From Vicugna vicugna (lineage: Eukaryota): DNA of 64,000 nt. Location of the stretch: contig MU058424.1 of NCBI GenBank assembly GCA_013265495.1, forward strand, positions 62,001 to 126,000, written 5' to 3'. Within the stretch, counting starts at the first letter, position 1. Every line of letters starts with the position of its first letter. This document shows positions 26,511 to 39,193 of this stretch, piece after piece. Both the position numbers and the translations under genes were made by a program. The notes under the pieces are model-generated. The model ran no database searches and was not told where the DNA came from. It worked only from the letters and a program-made list of their open reading frames with translations.

Positions 26511-29500
26511 AAAAATTTGGGCTAATTCATTTTTCTTGGACTTCCTTCTCCATCTGACCAAAAGAGGTAATTAGGCTGGTAAGTTGTGATTTGATACAAT
26601 AACCAGAAAATATTTGCTTACTTGTTTACAAATATGATAAATGTTATAAATTTGAACTTTAGCTTGCTATGTGAATAAAATTGAAGCATAAACACTGATA
26701 AAATTTATAAGTCATTTTAAAACTTTGAAAGTAGAATAGAAAATTTTAAGCACCACAAAATTAAAGACATAGATTTATTTAGACTTAATTGCCATTGTAA
26801 ACACAGTCAAATTAATTTTCCGTTATTTTACCCCTGAAAATTGTAGACATTTCAGAGCCATCATGGAATTTTGCTAATATGTTGCTAACTATACACATTT
26901 TTTAAAAAGGACAATCTTCCCAGAAGAACAGGATTTTTCAAAGGAGAACTAGGGATTAGCATATTATAATCTGTAGACTCATGAAATGTTCGGTCACACT
27001 GTGAAACAAACGCATTGATTTTATGGTTGAGTGAGCCCATTAATTAAAATTGTCTTATGAATTTCCCAAACTCCTGCCTGCAGAAAAAAGAACAGCTGTC
27101 TTACACAAAAACAAGCAACTTGGCTCTGAAATGTTTATAACTATCTAGTTTATTCCATAGGGAAAAATGATTTTCTCTCACCTATGACCTTACTTTATGA
27201 ATTAGAAAAAAATAATGTTAATATTTAAGTTCTGACCTAAACTTGTTTCTCCACCTTCAGGCTCTTTTTATGATACTAATCACCTTGAATGTTGAGATAA
27301 AGTGGTTAGTAACCAAAATTACTTAAATTAAATAAATTACAGCTTTGCAAAGACAGCGCTTGGCAAGGCTGTTATTCAAGTAGAAACAAAGAATTTGGAA
27401 CTATATAAAAATTTCAGAATTACGCTTTAATTGGTAAATATTAAGTTATGAGAAATTCTTATGTCAAAATTATTTAGAAACCAAAAGTTTTAATCTCCTG
27501 ATCCATAAACAGAGATTTCAGCAAATCAGTGAAAGAGATTCTGCTAAGGTTTCCTGTGAAGGAAGGAATGTTCCTGATGTGTGACCCTCTAAATTGAAAT
27601 AAGTTGAATGTTAAAGAATCTTATAACTTGGAGGAACTTAGAGGTGGTAAGAACAATGTTTTCTCAATCTTGGCTATACAAAATCATGGAATCAAAAGGG
27701 GAGAAGAAAAAAAAAATGCAGTTGTCTGGGCCTCACTTCCAGAAAGTCAATTTTACTTGTCTGGAATAGGGCAGGGCATTGACACTTCTGTTTGTAAAAC
27801 TCTCCAGTTGATGTTAATAAACAGCTTAGACGGATTGATGCAGGGATTCTCAAGCCTAAGTCCAGCCAGCTGGTACCTGTGCGAGCCCGTGCGCCGGCTG
27901 CGCACAACAAAAGGGGGACGATAAGGATGGTGGGGGTGATTTCCTCAGTAAAGTTGACTTTATTCATATTGTGGGTATTATTCATTCTTTGAGAAGATGT
28001 TGGTAATCATAAATAACACTTATTTGTTGCTATTTTCTTTGTTCACTTGTTTAATTTTTTCATTTATGCAAAATAAAAATATTTGCCAACACTTTATGAA
28101 TCTTTCCAATTGATTTTTCTCTCTTTTGGAAGGACGAGTCTGTGAAAACCAGAACACTAGGAAATACTGCTTTTACTAAAATCAATAACTGTATTAAACC
28201 CAGAGATATTAAGCACCCCATTAAGGTTACAAGTTCAGTTAGGCCTGCAGTTGAGCCCAGAATTCCATTCCTGCGACTTTTTCATCACTGTTTTGCGGTA
28301 GCCTTTAATGGGGACGACTCCTTTCTTTCTAAGGCGTAAGGCCAACAACAGGTTTCACTCAGACTTTCTCATCCTAGAGTTGAGCCCATACACCAAGCAG
28401 GCTATTTATAAAGACCTTATTCAGTTGTTTCAGTAAAAGATCTGTTCAACTTTGACACAAAAGCGGATTGGTCTGATTTTTGTTTTTAAACTAAAAAAAA
28501 AAAAAATCAATTAAAATAAAAAGAGAAGAACAATCAAAAGTCCACTGAAATGACAATGGATGTTAACAATAAAGCAGACTTTTAAGATAAAATTGGGGCT
28601 TTTTAGTACTGTATTCCAGTCCCTCCTCAGTTTCCTCATTTCTTCTCTCCATGTGTCCTCACTCCAAGCATCTTAAACACTGGCAGTCCCACATGCTCAC
28701 CGGGCTGCTTTCACACAGCTTGTTTTTTCTGTACAAACTTCCTTCACTTCCTTGATAGTCCTCGCTTCTCACCTTTTGCATAGATGTATTTATCACAGAC
28801 TTATTTCTGATTAACCTTATGACAGGAAACATTTTTTGATAAGTCAGTGTTAAGTCTCTCCCCTATACTAACTTCTATAAAAATTCCTATCTCTATTTTC
28901 AATATAATGCATTGTAAGTCATCTATTTTCCAGTTGGACTAAAAACATCTTGAGGTAAGCATGGATACCTTCAGTACCTGGACAGTGCATTGGATATTTT
29001 CCCATATTTCAATCCAGCAAAGGTTTCTTTATCAACTCATAGAGCAGTAAGGAACTCTTCACACTTGACTTTGCCTGTGGATAGAAATCAAGCATCCCAA
29101 ACTCCCAAAATTCTCTCCATCTTGTGACATCTTTTCTAACTGTTCCCTCTTCCCTCTTCAACTGTCTAAATCCAACCCGTGTGTCAAACTCCATTTCTTC
29201 TAGGAACTTATGTCTAGAACAGGCTATCCCTGTTAATCTGTTTTTCCTCTAAACTCCGGAAACACCGAAGTCTCCTTGATTCATTGGTTATATAACATAT
29301 AATGTTTACCATTCAACTATTTGAAAATTTTTTTAACTTCAGTGTGTCTAATATTTTCAGATAATTTTCAATAGTGAGAATCTGATAAAAGCTCTGAATT
29401 TGCTCCCCAGGAAAAAAAGCCCTTAGGCAGACATATACAAGATATTTCGAACCCCTAAAATCCATTCATTTTCCTTCTAGGGGGTCCAGGCTGAGAGGAA

Positions 29501-30048
29501 ATGCAGTGGTATAAAAGATTCTTGAGGACTTAAAATTTATTACTAGCCAAGTTGCTCCAAAGCCTTATGCAAACACTTGATGGATACCTGTGGAATTAAT
29601 TAAATGGATTCTCTGTGAACTGTAGGGACATGATTATTGTATGGAAAGCAAGTGCAAAAAGAGATTCTCTGTTATAAGAAAAGTCATCTCCTTTAAATGA
29701 CTTATTCATTTGCTCATTTCTTCATTCAACAAAATTATCTTGAATGTTGTGTTGCCAGGCATCCTGTTATGTACTGGGGATGACAGGGGAATAAAAGCAG
29801 AAGAAAGTCTCAGTCCTTGAAGAGTTTCCAATGGAAAAAGACTAAGATTGCAAAATAGATTGTAATTATGAGGTGCCACAAAAGAAGAAGGAGGAAGAGG
29901 CGGGAAGGAGAGAAAGATGAAGAGAAAAAGAGAAAAGAAAAACGAAAAGAGAAAGGGAAGGAAAGCAACAGCAGAGAAACCCATGGAAGTATGTTACAGT
30001 GGAATCAACCTGGGATTTCTAACCAAGAGAACTGGAAAATAAATCTCA

Positions 30049-30500
30049 CCATAAAAAAGAATAAAATAATGCTATTTGCAGCAGCATGGGTGGAACTGGA
30101 GATGGTCATACCAAGTGAAGGAAGCCAGAAAAAGAAAGAAAAATACCACATGCTATCACTTATATGTGGAATTTTTTTTAAAAAAAGAAAAAGATACAAA
30201 TGAGCTTATTTACAAAACAGACAGACTTACAGACATAAAAAATAAGCTTAACAGTTACGGGGGGAGGGGATGAGGAGGGATAAACTGGGAGCTCAGGATT
30301 TGTAGATACTGAAGACTGTATATAAACTAGATACTCAACAAGGTCCAACTCTATAGCACATGGAAATATATGTATTGCAATGGCCTATAATAAAAAATAT
30401 GAAAAATAATACACCTGTATAAATGAATCACTATGCTGTACACCAGAAATTAACACAACACTGTAAATTGACTATACTTCAATAAAAAAACAAGAAAAAA
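30049..30500 (+). mobile_element. Lineage-type LINE-1 3' end
   Basis: ccataaaaaagaataaaataatgctatttgcagcagcatgg...acaccagaaattaacacaacactgtaaattgactatacttcaataaaa. TSD core aaatctca at 30041-30048 and 30501-30508. Confidence 0.9.
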
Positions 30501-30912
30501 AAATCTCAAAAGGCATACATTTATAAGAAAGTGATTGTAGCATTTTTTTACCCTCTGATTTGTTTAGTTAATTTAGCAAATGTCTCAGCAGTATTTCCAG
30601 CTTGAATCTAATTATTCTGAGAACACCATCATTTTCAGCAAAATAATTTCAATTCTTTATTCATTGAGCAACTAATGAAGCTTTGTGTTTCCATATTGTA
30701 GAAGTGAAAATGTTATAAATTAATTTCAGTAATAGTTACAGTTGTTTTGATATAAGCAACATCAACTGTTTTTGACTAACTTAAGCAAAAACAAAACTAA
30801 CCAACTAAACAGTAATATAGTGGCTATTACTAAAATATTCCAGTAAATATCTGTTTGCCTTGAAGAAATCAAGGAGGAACGTCAAGGCTAGATCTCTATC
30901 AACAATAACACA

Positions 30913-31035
30913 GGGGGAGGGTACAGCTCAACTGGTAGAGCCCATGCTTATCATGCATGAGGTCTTGGGTTCAATCCCCAGTACCTCCATCAAGTTAGTA
31001 AATAAATAAACCTAATTACCTCCCTCAAAAAAAAA
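30913..31035 (+). mobile_element. tRNA-Ala-derived SINE (Vic-1-like)
   Basis: gggggagggtacagctcaactggtagag...gggttcaatccccagtacctcc, tail aataaataaacctaattacctccc + poly-A. TSD aataacaca at 30904-30912 and 31036-31044. Confidence 0.92.
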
Positions 31036-31779
31036 AATAACACAACAGCTTGCAGACATGAGATTGGAAGTTGGTAGGCAGAGATGGCAAAGCAGGAAAG
31101 TGGATGAAGATGGAGAAAGCTGCGAGTGGGAAGGAAGGACAGTTGGAAGCATTCTATTGTCTGAATAGGTAGATCTCTGAGGTGAATAAATCTGCCCAGA
31201 GGAAAACTAATGAGAGCTGCCTCAAGTCATTAGTATGGGTGACTATTTGAAATTATATTTAAGAATGTATTGCAGAGGGAAGATTTTAGTCTTGTTACTA
31301 GTTTATTCTCTATAAGTTAACCTTTAAAGTTGATAGTACAGATAGTAGCAAATACATTTCTACAGAATGAGGAGTAGTCATAAAAGCAACAACACAAGCC
31401 CTACCTAGAGCTGTGATTCTGTAATGCCACTTGTAGCTATGTAGTGGGAGAACTCAGCCAGTGGGGGGAGACAGACAACACGCACTCTGAGGATCAGAAA
31501 AAACTGGTTTATTCTGCACCGGTGGTGGCCCAGTGGAGTCACCTCCAAAGGCTGAGCACGGCTCCAGCTTTGACTGCCTTTTATACATGTTAAGCTTTCA
31601 GGTACTAGGGACCTTCCGGGCTACGTGCAGTAAGTTTCTCAGCAGCTGTTACTGGCTGATCCAAGAAGCAAGCAAGGTTACAGAAGCCAGCGATGTGACA
31701 GTGCAAGCAAAGGGTGTTTTATCTTTGCTTAACTCTTCTTCCTCAGCTAGAGACTGCAAAGGAGAGTTTATTGAAGTTT

Positions 31780-31782
<3 letters not shown>

Positions 31783-31812
<30 letters not shown>
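31783..31812. repeat. (CA)n microsatellite
   Basis: Direct reading of the acacac run. Confidence 0.95.
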
Positions 31813-31865
31813 GGTCTCTAGATTTTGTGAGGTTCCCCCTGTCAACTGAAATACACGCATAACCT

Positions 31866-32110
31866 TTGAGATTTGCAGATACTGACAGGTATATATAAAA
31901 GAGATAAACAAGTTTATACTGTATAGCACAGGGAAATATATTCAATATCTTGTAGCTCATGGTGAAAAAGAATATGAAAATGAATATATGTATATTCACG
32001 TATGACTGAAGAATTGTGCTGTGCACCAGAAATTGACACAACATTGTAAACTGACTATACCTCAATTTTTAAAAAAAGTTAAAATTTTTAAATAAATAAA
32101 TAAATAAATA
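31866..32110 (+). mobile_element. Lineage-type LINE-1 extreme 3' end with (TAAA)n tail
   Basis: gagatttgcagatactgac...tgtgctgtgcaccagaaattgacacaacattgtaaactgactatacctcaa; homologous to the 3' part of 30049-30500. Confidence 0.88.
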
Positions 32111-32338
32111 AAAGTTGAGGTATGTTTATTTGGTGAACAACTCTGAGGACTCGAACCTGGGATGACAGCCTCTCAGATTGCTCTGAGGGACTGCTCTGAA
32201 GAGGTGGGGGAGGAGCCATGATATATAAGAGTTTTACAACAAAGACCAGGTAGTTGGAACATTAAAAGATTACAAGTAAGCTAAAGAAAACCAGACATCT
32301 CAAGTTAAAGAATTTAGTGATTTTCTATGTATGGGAAG

Positions 32339-32911
32339 TGAAGGAGCAATAATAAAATGGCTGCATTTAGGCTAACAAATTCTTGGCTTTATGCTTATGG
32401 CTTGCTTCTAGGATGATCAGCAAACACGCCTGACACGGACACTGCTCCCAGCCCCAGGCCCAATGTTAAAGCTGAAGTTGTTGGTTCTACTGTTTGATTT
32501 GACCTTACTCTGATAATTAAAATTTGCAATCATGTTTGGCATCTGAGTCATTCCCCAGGAAGGGAGTCACGGGGTGATAACCTCAGGAGAATGATCAGCC
32601 CCTCCAGAGCTCCTCCGCAGCGCGATGAGTCTGACCAGATAAAGAGGGGTGTGGGCTGGTGACCTTCCAGGCCACCGGGAGGTCCCATGATACCTGATCC
32701 ACCTGCTACCACCTTTCATGCTCAAACCTGTTCATCTATGTAATCACTGAGCCCCAACCCCAAGACAAGTTCACAGTTGTGAAGGCACCAGCCTGCTGGG
32801 GGTCCCCTTTGCCTGGCAAAGCAATCAGCCTGCCTCTTTTCTTCTAAACTCCATGACCTGGTGTCTGAGTTATTTGGCTTGTCAGGGACGGGGGCGGATA
32901 TTTCGGCAACA
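32339..32911 (+). mobile_element. ERV1-type solo LTR nested in the MER41-like LTR
   Basis: tgaaggag...ttcggcaaca (TG...CA), TSD gaag (32335-32338) / gagg (32912-32915). Ends are homologous to the LTR at 34001-34598. Confidence 0.8.
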
Positions 32912-34000
32912 GAGGGAGAAAACATTTGGGCTCACTGAATTCATTCCTTTGACAAGCACCTAGCTATCCAGGGCCAGTGTCCTGTCCTTTCTCATTCTGA
33001 ATCCCCTCAGAGGGCACCACTGTGAGTGGCTACAGAGGCCCGGCTGCAGGCCTGTCCTCACTGGGGGGTGGCGGCAGCCGCTGATGACTTGATGGCTTCA
33101 GTGTTCCTTGTTTACTGTTAGGGTTTGCAGTATTGTTCGTTCACACCCTGAACAGCTGACTATGGACTGCTTCTGAAATAAACATATTCTCTAGCCTCAC
33201 TGATAACTGTGGAGAGAAACAGAGGGCAGCCATGCCATGCTTTCCTTTTAGCGCTAAGCCTGAAGCATTTTCCCAAAGGATCAAAAAATTAGAAATTATA
33301 TTTAGGTGAACTGAGAAAAACATTTCAGTGCTATGTATAACCTTTTCTAATATTTCATCTCAAAAGAAGATAGAAATCTTAACTAAAAAGTACTATTTTA
33401 ATGGTTTGGGGCATAAACACAAAAAGTAAATTTACTTTGTTGATTTGTAGAAGTAAGAGTGTATCTGAAGCCCATTTAAAATTTCTTGTTTTCAAAGCTA
33501 TTAGATAAAATTTAAAGACAAACAGCTAAATGTAAAAGGTGCTAATGAGAATTGATCATTATAATTTTAAAAACATGTTAATGGAGTGCTTTATTAAAAC
33601 TGATGTGTTTATGGACTGAAATTTGATAAACACTGTAATTGTTTGCAATGTACTGTTGTAGGACGAGTCATGCAGTTGAATGAAATAGAATCATTTATAA
33701 TGGGAAGTAACCTAAAATAAAGTTGAATAGGGAGAAATATAGAGAACACAATATCAAAGATTGAGAATATTGGCTACATATTTGAAAGGAAAAAATATTT
33801 TGTTTTTATAGTATTTCTTATACCAAAATAAGTTTAGGTGAATCAAAATTGGATTTTTTTACATGTATTACTTTTGTTAAGCATTTTTGCCTTTTCTTTC
33901 CTGGTTTAGAAAATAAATTTTACCAAATAATAACAAACCATCTTTGATTCAGGATTTCTTTGTGATGCATTAAGACTACTGTATAAACACTGTGTGATTT

Positions 34001-34598
34001 TGTTGCCGAAAGATCACCCCTGTCCCTGAGGAGCCGAATAACTCAGAGACAAGATCTTGGAGCTTTGAAGAAAACAGGCAGCTTTATTGCTTTGCTTTAT
34101 GGCAAAGGGGACTCCCAGCAGGCAGGTGCCTTCAAAACTGTGAGCCCCACTTGGGGATGGGGTGGGGTGGTTATACAGCCAGAGCTCAAACAATAAAGCA
34201 TCAATAACCATCAACAGAATCATTTCCCATCAGAAGACTCAGAGTGGCATCATGATGCCTCCAGGTGAACAATTCCATAGAGGCTAGTGGTTGTCACTTT
34301 TTCAGTCTCTTCATCTCGTGAGCACTCAAGGCGTGGTCTTCTTGTTATTTAGCCTACTTCGTAAGGTTACAGTTCTGTGACCCTCTCCCTGAAGACGGAC
34401 TCAGAGACCAAGCATGATTATAGCTTTTCATCACTGGAATAAAGTAGAAACAGTAAGATCAATAGCTTTAGTTTTACCAACGGGCTTGGAAATGTGAGTA
34501 GCACCCAGTCAGTCAGGTCAGTTGACCCTTGTAAGGGCAAGCATAAGAATAAGCAGTCTGTTAGCCAAAGTGTGGCCATTTTATCAACTCCTCCTTCA
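34001..34598 (-). mobile_element. ERV1-type LTR, related to 32339-32911
   Basis: Minus strand begins tgaaggagg..ataaaatggcc and ends ttcggcaaca; AATAAA on the minus strand (tttatt ~34084). Confidence 0.8.
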
Positions 34599-36104
34599 CA
34601 ATCAGCATTTCCTGATTGAAAACTTGTGTTTTAGTTTTTTTTTTTCTAAGACGGCAAACGTAGGTAAACTTAGACCTGCCCAGAAATTACTGTTTTCATA
34701 GTTTATAAATGACACAGATAGACATTTCCCAAAATGTAATTACTCCTACAGAGTTTACCTCAAAGCTGTTATTTTGTTTATATTTACTTTTCTTGAAAGC
34801 ATTTTTTTACACTGAGTTCCTTTTCTTGTTGACAAACTTATGACAGGAATAGTAAAGTCTTATTTGACCTCGAGTAACGCAGGTAGAAATATTATACTTA
34901 ACATCGCTGACTCTAAAGACGTGTTTATATTATTAAACCAACAAGATTAAGCTAGCTTCAATACCAATACTACTACTGAATATTTTTTAGATAATATGAA
35001 CTTGAAATTCATTTGGGCCAGTTTCTTTTATATTTTTGAGTATTTAAGCCCTTAATTCCTTTAAGTCAATTAAATAGGGCTCTTTCATCATTTAATTTTG
35101 CCAATATCATACATCTATGGCACACAAACATGAAACAGACACCTTATCATTTCCATCGTAAACTTTTAGCCATGAATCAGATATAACAATGTAAAACCAA
35201 TCAGCTAGCTGCAAAAGAGGTTGGATTTAAGTTGGGTTTTTAGCAGACAGAACAAGTCAAAGTTGCCTGTCTAAGTGGCTAAATGTTTTTAGTAATATTT
35301 ATGAAAAAGAGAAAAATTTCTATTTGTCCTCAACAAGTTAAGTTCCAAATTACTTATTTCCTCTTTTTCGAGATTTGCATTTTAAAAAGATGGTGAGATC
35401 AGAGTTCCTGGAGAAGACAATGTAGAACATTGGTATCTCAAAGGCAGAGAAAGGCAAGTTTCTCCTAGAAAGACTTTGTTGCCTTAAGTCCAGGGGAAAA
35501 CAAACAAACAAAAAAACAACTCTTTCCTCAATACTCATCTCAAGACAAGCAGGGGAGGTCTGGGGGGAGGTGAAAGGATTGGTAGATTTTGTGTTATTTC
35601 TGGAGCCACACATCTGGTCCTGTAAAGACTAGATTTGTAAAATAAAGACAGTTTTGTTTTTTCTCATTCAGCTCAGGGGAGAAGGCTTCCCCCCCAAATT
35701 TCTATCAGGCTCCGAACATCAGCTGTGGCCAGTGTCGTCCCACCGATGGCTATCTACTTACAAACACGACTGAGGCGCCTTCCTGGGTTTGAGAAGTTTT
35801 TTAATTATGGCTCTTGATTCAGCCTTTGCTCTAAAGAGGCTTGCCTGCAGCCTCAAGTGGTCTTATTTCTAATGATAGCCTGACAATTGTCGCTCTGTCA
35901 GGGGCCTCAGCTTCCCAGACAGCAGGGGCCACTTGAGAAACAATGTGGGGTGGAAGGGAGACCCCCTCTGGCTTGGGAGTAGACACTTTTCCTGACAGGG
36001 GTCTTTCATGTAAGGATCTCTGAATTGGCTTGCTGCCTGGAATTAATGAGCAAGTAAAAGTCCCTTCCCAGTGAGGAGATGGGGCGCTCAGCCACCAGCA
36101 AAAC
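34599..36104 (-). mobile_element. Probable non-coding ERV1 internal (leader) sequence
   Basis: Abuts the 3' end of the minus-strand LTR at 36105 and starts gttttgc-TGGTGGCTGAGCG (PBS position, degenerate). GC-rich leader then AT-rich interior, no recognisable gag/pol ORF. Confidence 0.55.
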
Positions 36105-36729
36105 TGATGCAGGAAAAATGGATGTGGGGCGTGAGGAGGGCCGTGTCCCAGGCTTCGGCTGAGTCCCTGGGATGTGCTCCACCAAGTATGGGTCCTTGGC
36201 TTCACACAGGAAGGAATTCAAGAGTGAGCCACAGTTGAGTAAAGGCAGATTGATTTAGCGAGATACACTGAAAGGCAAGAGAAAGGCCAAGAGGTGTGGG
36301 GGTTGGGTGCTCAGATAAAAAGTAGGTACACACTCCACAGACAGAGTGTGGGCCCTCTCTGAAGAGGGAGAGAGACGTGTGGGCACCGTGTTGCTGGTTT
36401 TTATGGGCTTGGTGGCTTCATATGCTAATACGTGGAAGGACCAGTCTAAGTCTTCCCCTGGGGGAGGGGCTGGGGTTCCCAGGAAGTTGGCCATTTCCCA
36501 CCCTGTGACCTTTTGTGGCCATCCTCGGGACTGCCGTGGTGCCTGGGGGTGTGTTATTCACTATGTTAATATATTACAAATGGTTGTTAAATGAAGCTCA
36601 AGATCTGCTAGAAGTTAAATCTCTATATCCTGAGCCTCCAGGCCTCCTGGGGGTTGAATCCCTCACCGTTCTGATGTGAATTGCTGTGGCCTTCCTTGAG
36701 TGGCTGTGCCCTGCCCCCTTCCTGTCTCA
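36105..36729 (-). mobile_element. ERV1-type LTR (probable 5' LTR of the adjacent internal remnant)
   Basis: Minus strand tgagacagg...cctgcatca. Plus strand shows the ERV1 LTR hallmark aggaaggaattcaagagtgagcc. Confidence 0.8.
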
Positions 36730-37763
36730 GCACAACCACTTTGGAAAACCCTTTTTCAATATTTAAACTAGAAAATACAGAGACTTAGGAAATAGCTACT
36801 ACACTCCCCGGTGTAGACTCTATGGAAACGTGTGTTCAGGTTATTTAATCAAGACACACACACAGACACACACACACACGTAAAGGTACGCTATGAGCTT
36901 CAAACTCTAATAGAAGTCTGTTTTTGCCTTGTGCTGAGCATCGAACCATGGGTGCCAAAGGTTTTCTCCCAATATTCCTGCTCCGCCCTCAACTTGCAGC
37001 CATCCTTGCAAGCCTGCACGTCAAAGGCTTCTGTCCCCGGGCCTTAGCCACACTGCAGCAGTGAACTGCCTTGTCACTCAGTGCCAGTCTCAAGCGGGAA
37101 GCAAGCAGGTGGGCTCAGTGTTCGTGGCCCATCTTCTGTGTGAAGAGGGCCCTGTATTACGAGGCCTCAGAGGTCGGCTTTCACATTGTTCCTGTTACTC
37201 CGTTCTATGGTGATCAAACTCTGCTTTGCATCTGTGGCTCCAGAGCAAGGGAGAGTCTCTGTCTCTCCTGGTAGCAACAGACCTCTGCTTTGAATTAGTG
37301 CAGGATGCTGGGCCCCTCCCTCAGCAGCAGAAAGCTTTTACTTTCTCCAGAGTCAGTGGGACTTTGCCTAGGTCATAGAATGCAAACATCTCACCTTCCC
37401 CGGAGGACAAAGGCTTTCACATCACTTCATTAAAGGGTCCAGGAAAGTGTGCAATGTCTTTATGTTCGTCCCCCAGTGGTGGCCAGTCAACCTCCACGCA
37501 CGTGCACCCCCGCAGGCCCAGTCTCTCGCCTGCCCCCAATATTTCTTGCATGATGATATGATTACTGTAGGCTTCATCAATACAAAAAATAACAGCAATG
37601 AATTAGTACTGGAAACAAAGACTTTTGAAACTACAAATTCATCCATCCTGAGTGACAGTCTTGTTAGGCTTATATTTGGGTGCCAATCAATAAACAGGAC
37701 TAAAACATTCCTAGAAACAGCTTAGGAAAGGTTAAACATTGGTCCTGATTTGGCTGAAGTTGT

Positions 37764-37781
37764 CAGCACCCTCTAGTGGAA
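37764..37781 (-). promoter_or_regulatory. CTCF-like motif
   Basis: Minus strand TCCACTAGAGGGTGCTG resembles the CTCF core CCACYAGRKGGCRC. Confidence 0.5.
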
Positions 37782-38820
37782 AGAAGTCTTTGAAAAACCA
37801 TTTCCTTAATGACACAGACGTACCTCAAATGTTTGCACAGTTTTCATTATCAGTTATCAAAATTTGATAGTTACAGAAAGTAAAATTTTGAGACAGCAAT
37901 AACAATGTAGTACTTCATTTTAGCGTTTTAAATAATTATAAATCCTTTAATATAGTTTGTTGTCTCTTTCAGAAAAGCAGCATAAAACACAAAATATCTC
38001 AACCTTACTAAAAAATAAAATCTAAATGAAAGTTTCTGTATTTAAATTTTATTAATGGAAATTCAGGTTATTCTGTTCTCACTAAATCAATATCATGCAG
38101 ATAATTAAAGAATAATACTTTAAATGTATGCCAAACTTTCAATTTGGTGCAGGGCATCGAATGGTCAGCCTGAGGGTGCCCTCACACCTTCTGGCTCCGC
38201 TGTGAAACCAGCAAGCAACCTGAGACCCTCTTTCAACATTTCACACTAATTTGGACAAGCATATCTTCAGTAATAATAATTGGGTCACAAATCTCTGTCC
38301 AAACTCTGAAATGTTAAAATTAATAAGACCACATTACTGTGCTTATTAAAAAGGTAAAATTATAGATTACGTGAATGTCTTTCTTTCTAAATAACTTTTC
38401 ACTTTGGTTGATCTAATGGTACTACAATTTCATTGACATACTAGCCCAACTCATTTAATAATCAATTCATGACGCTCTTAAATTTTGCATAATTTAAGGG
38501 CAAAGGTCTTCATGAAGTTTCTTTTCCTTGGAATGTTTCTCACTTAACTGGTAGCAATAAGGGTAGGACCATTGTTCCAGCTACTCATTTTGTTTTCAGA
38601 TGAGGAGTAAGGAGTCTCTATGTTGCTTGGAACTAAACAGTGTCTTTTCATAGGGAAAGCATGCAGATGAAGAACTGGAGAAGCCAAAATTCTCTCCATG
38701 AGAAAGAAAATGAAAAAAACAAAAAACAAAAAACAAAAAACAAAAAAAAGAAGAAAAGATCCTAGAGAGGGGACAGAATAGGATGGGTGGCCAGAAAAGC
38801 AAGGACAATGTTGAGAAATG

Positions 38821-39037
38821 CAGCGTTCTCTAACTTTAATGTGCATCAGGTTCAACTTGGAATTCAAGAGAATCATAAATTGATTATTAAATAAACACCA
38901 AAATGCAGATTGCTTGGCTCCACCCCCAGAGTTTCTGTTTCGGTAAGTCTAAGACAGCGCTTAACAATTTGCATTTCTAACAGGTTCCCAGGTGATGCTA
39001 ACGTTGCCGGTTCAGAGACCACACTTTAAGAACCAGT
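38821..39037. mobile_element. MER5A-like hAT-Charlie MITE
   Basis: cagcgttctctaactt...aaatgcagattgc..ccacccccagagtttctg..tttgcatttctaacaggttcccaggtgatgct..accacactttaagaacca. Confidence 0.85.
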
Positions 39038-39088
39038 ATTATAAGGGATATTCAGGGAGTTTTGGTTTAGGGTGTATGGTGTGACTTT

Positions 39089-39193
39089 CCAGATGACCAT
39101 CCATCCCTGTTTGACAGAGACTAAGGGATTTCCCACAACTTGCAAGGCTAAAACTGGGAAGTCTCCAGTAAACCAGGATGACTGGTCATCCTA
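39089..39193. mobile_element. MER81-like hAT MITE
   Basis: atgaccatccatccctgtttg...gctaaaactgggaagtctccagtaaaccaggatgactggtcatccta, with inverted ends tgacca/tggtca. Confidence 0.65.

Larger units (their letters stand above)
31840..33145 (-). mobile_element. MER41-like ERV1 solo LTR, interrupted twice
   Basis: Pieces 31840-31865, 32111-32338 and 32916-33145 join into a MER41-like LTR (acagcctctcagattgctctgagggactgct; aaagaaaaccagacatctcaag; tgtatgggaag|..gggctcactgaattcattcctttg). TG...CA ends, TSD-like cccc/ccct. Confidence 0.75.
31440..33154 (-). mobile_element. Outer solo LTR (ERV1-like), split near its end by nested insertions
   Basis: Begins tgtagtggg at 31440, with minus-strand AATAAA (tttatt ~31508) and TATA-like ttttata (~31579). 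Resumes as gaaca at 33150-33154. 4-bp TSD-like gcta/gctg. Confidence 0.55.

Noticed and set aside
29868..30203. Lys/Arg/Glu-rich 111-aa ORF
   Set aside because: Translation of a GA-rich low-complexity tract running into an L1 3' end.
35831..36594. ORFs that might be gag/env
   Set aside because: They fall in LTR/leader sequence and show no retroviral protein motifs.
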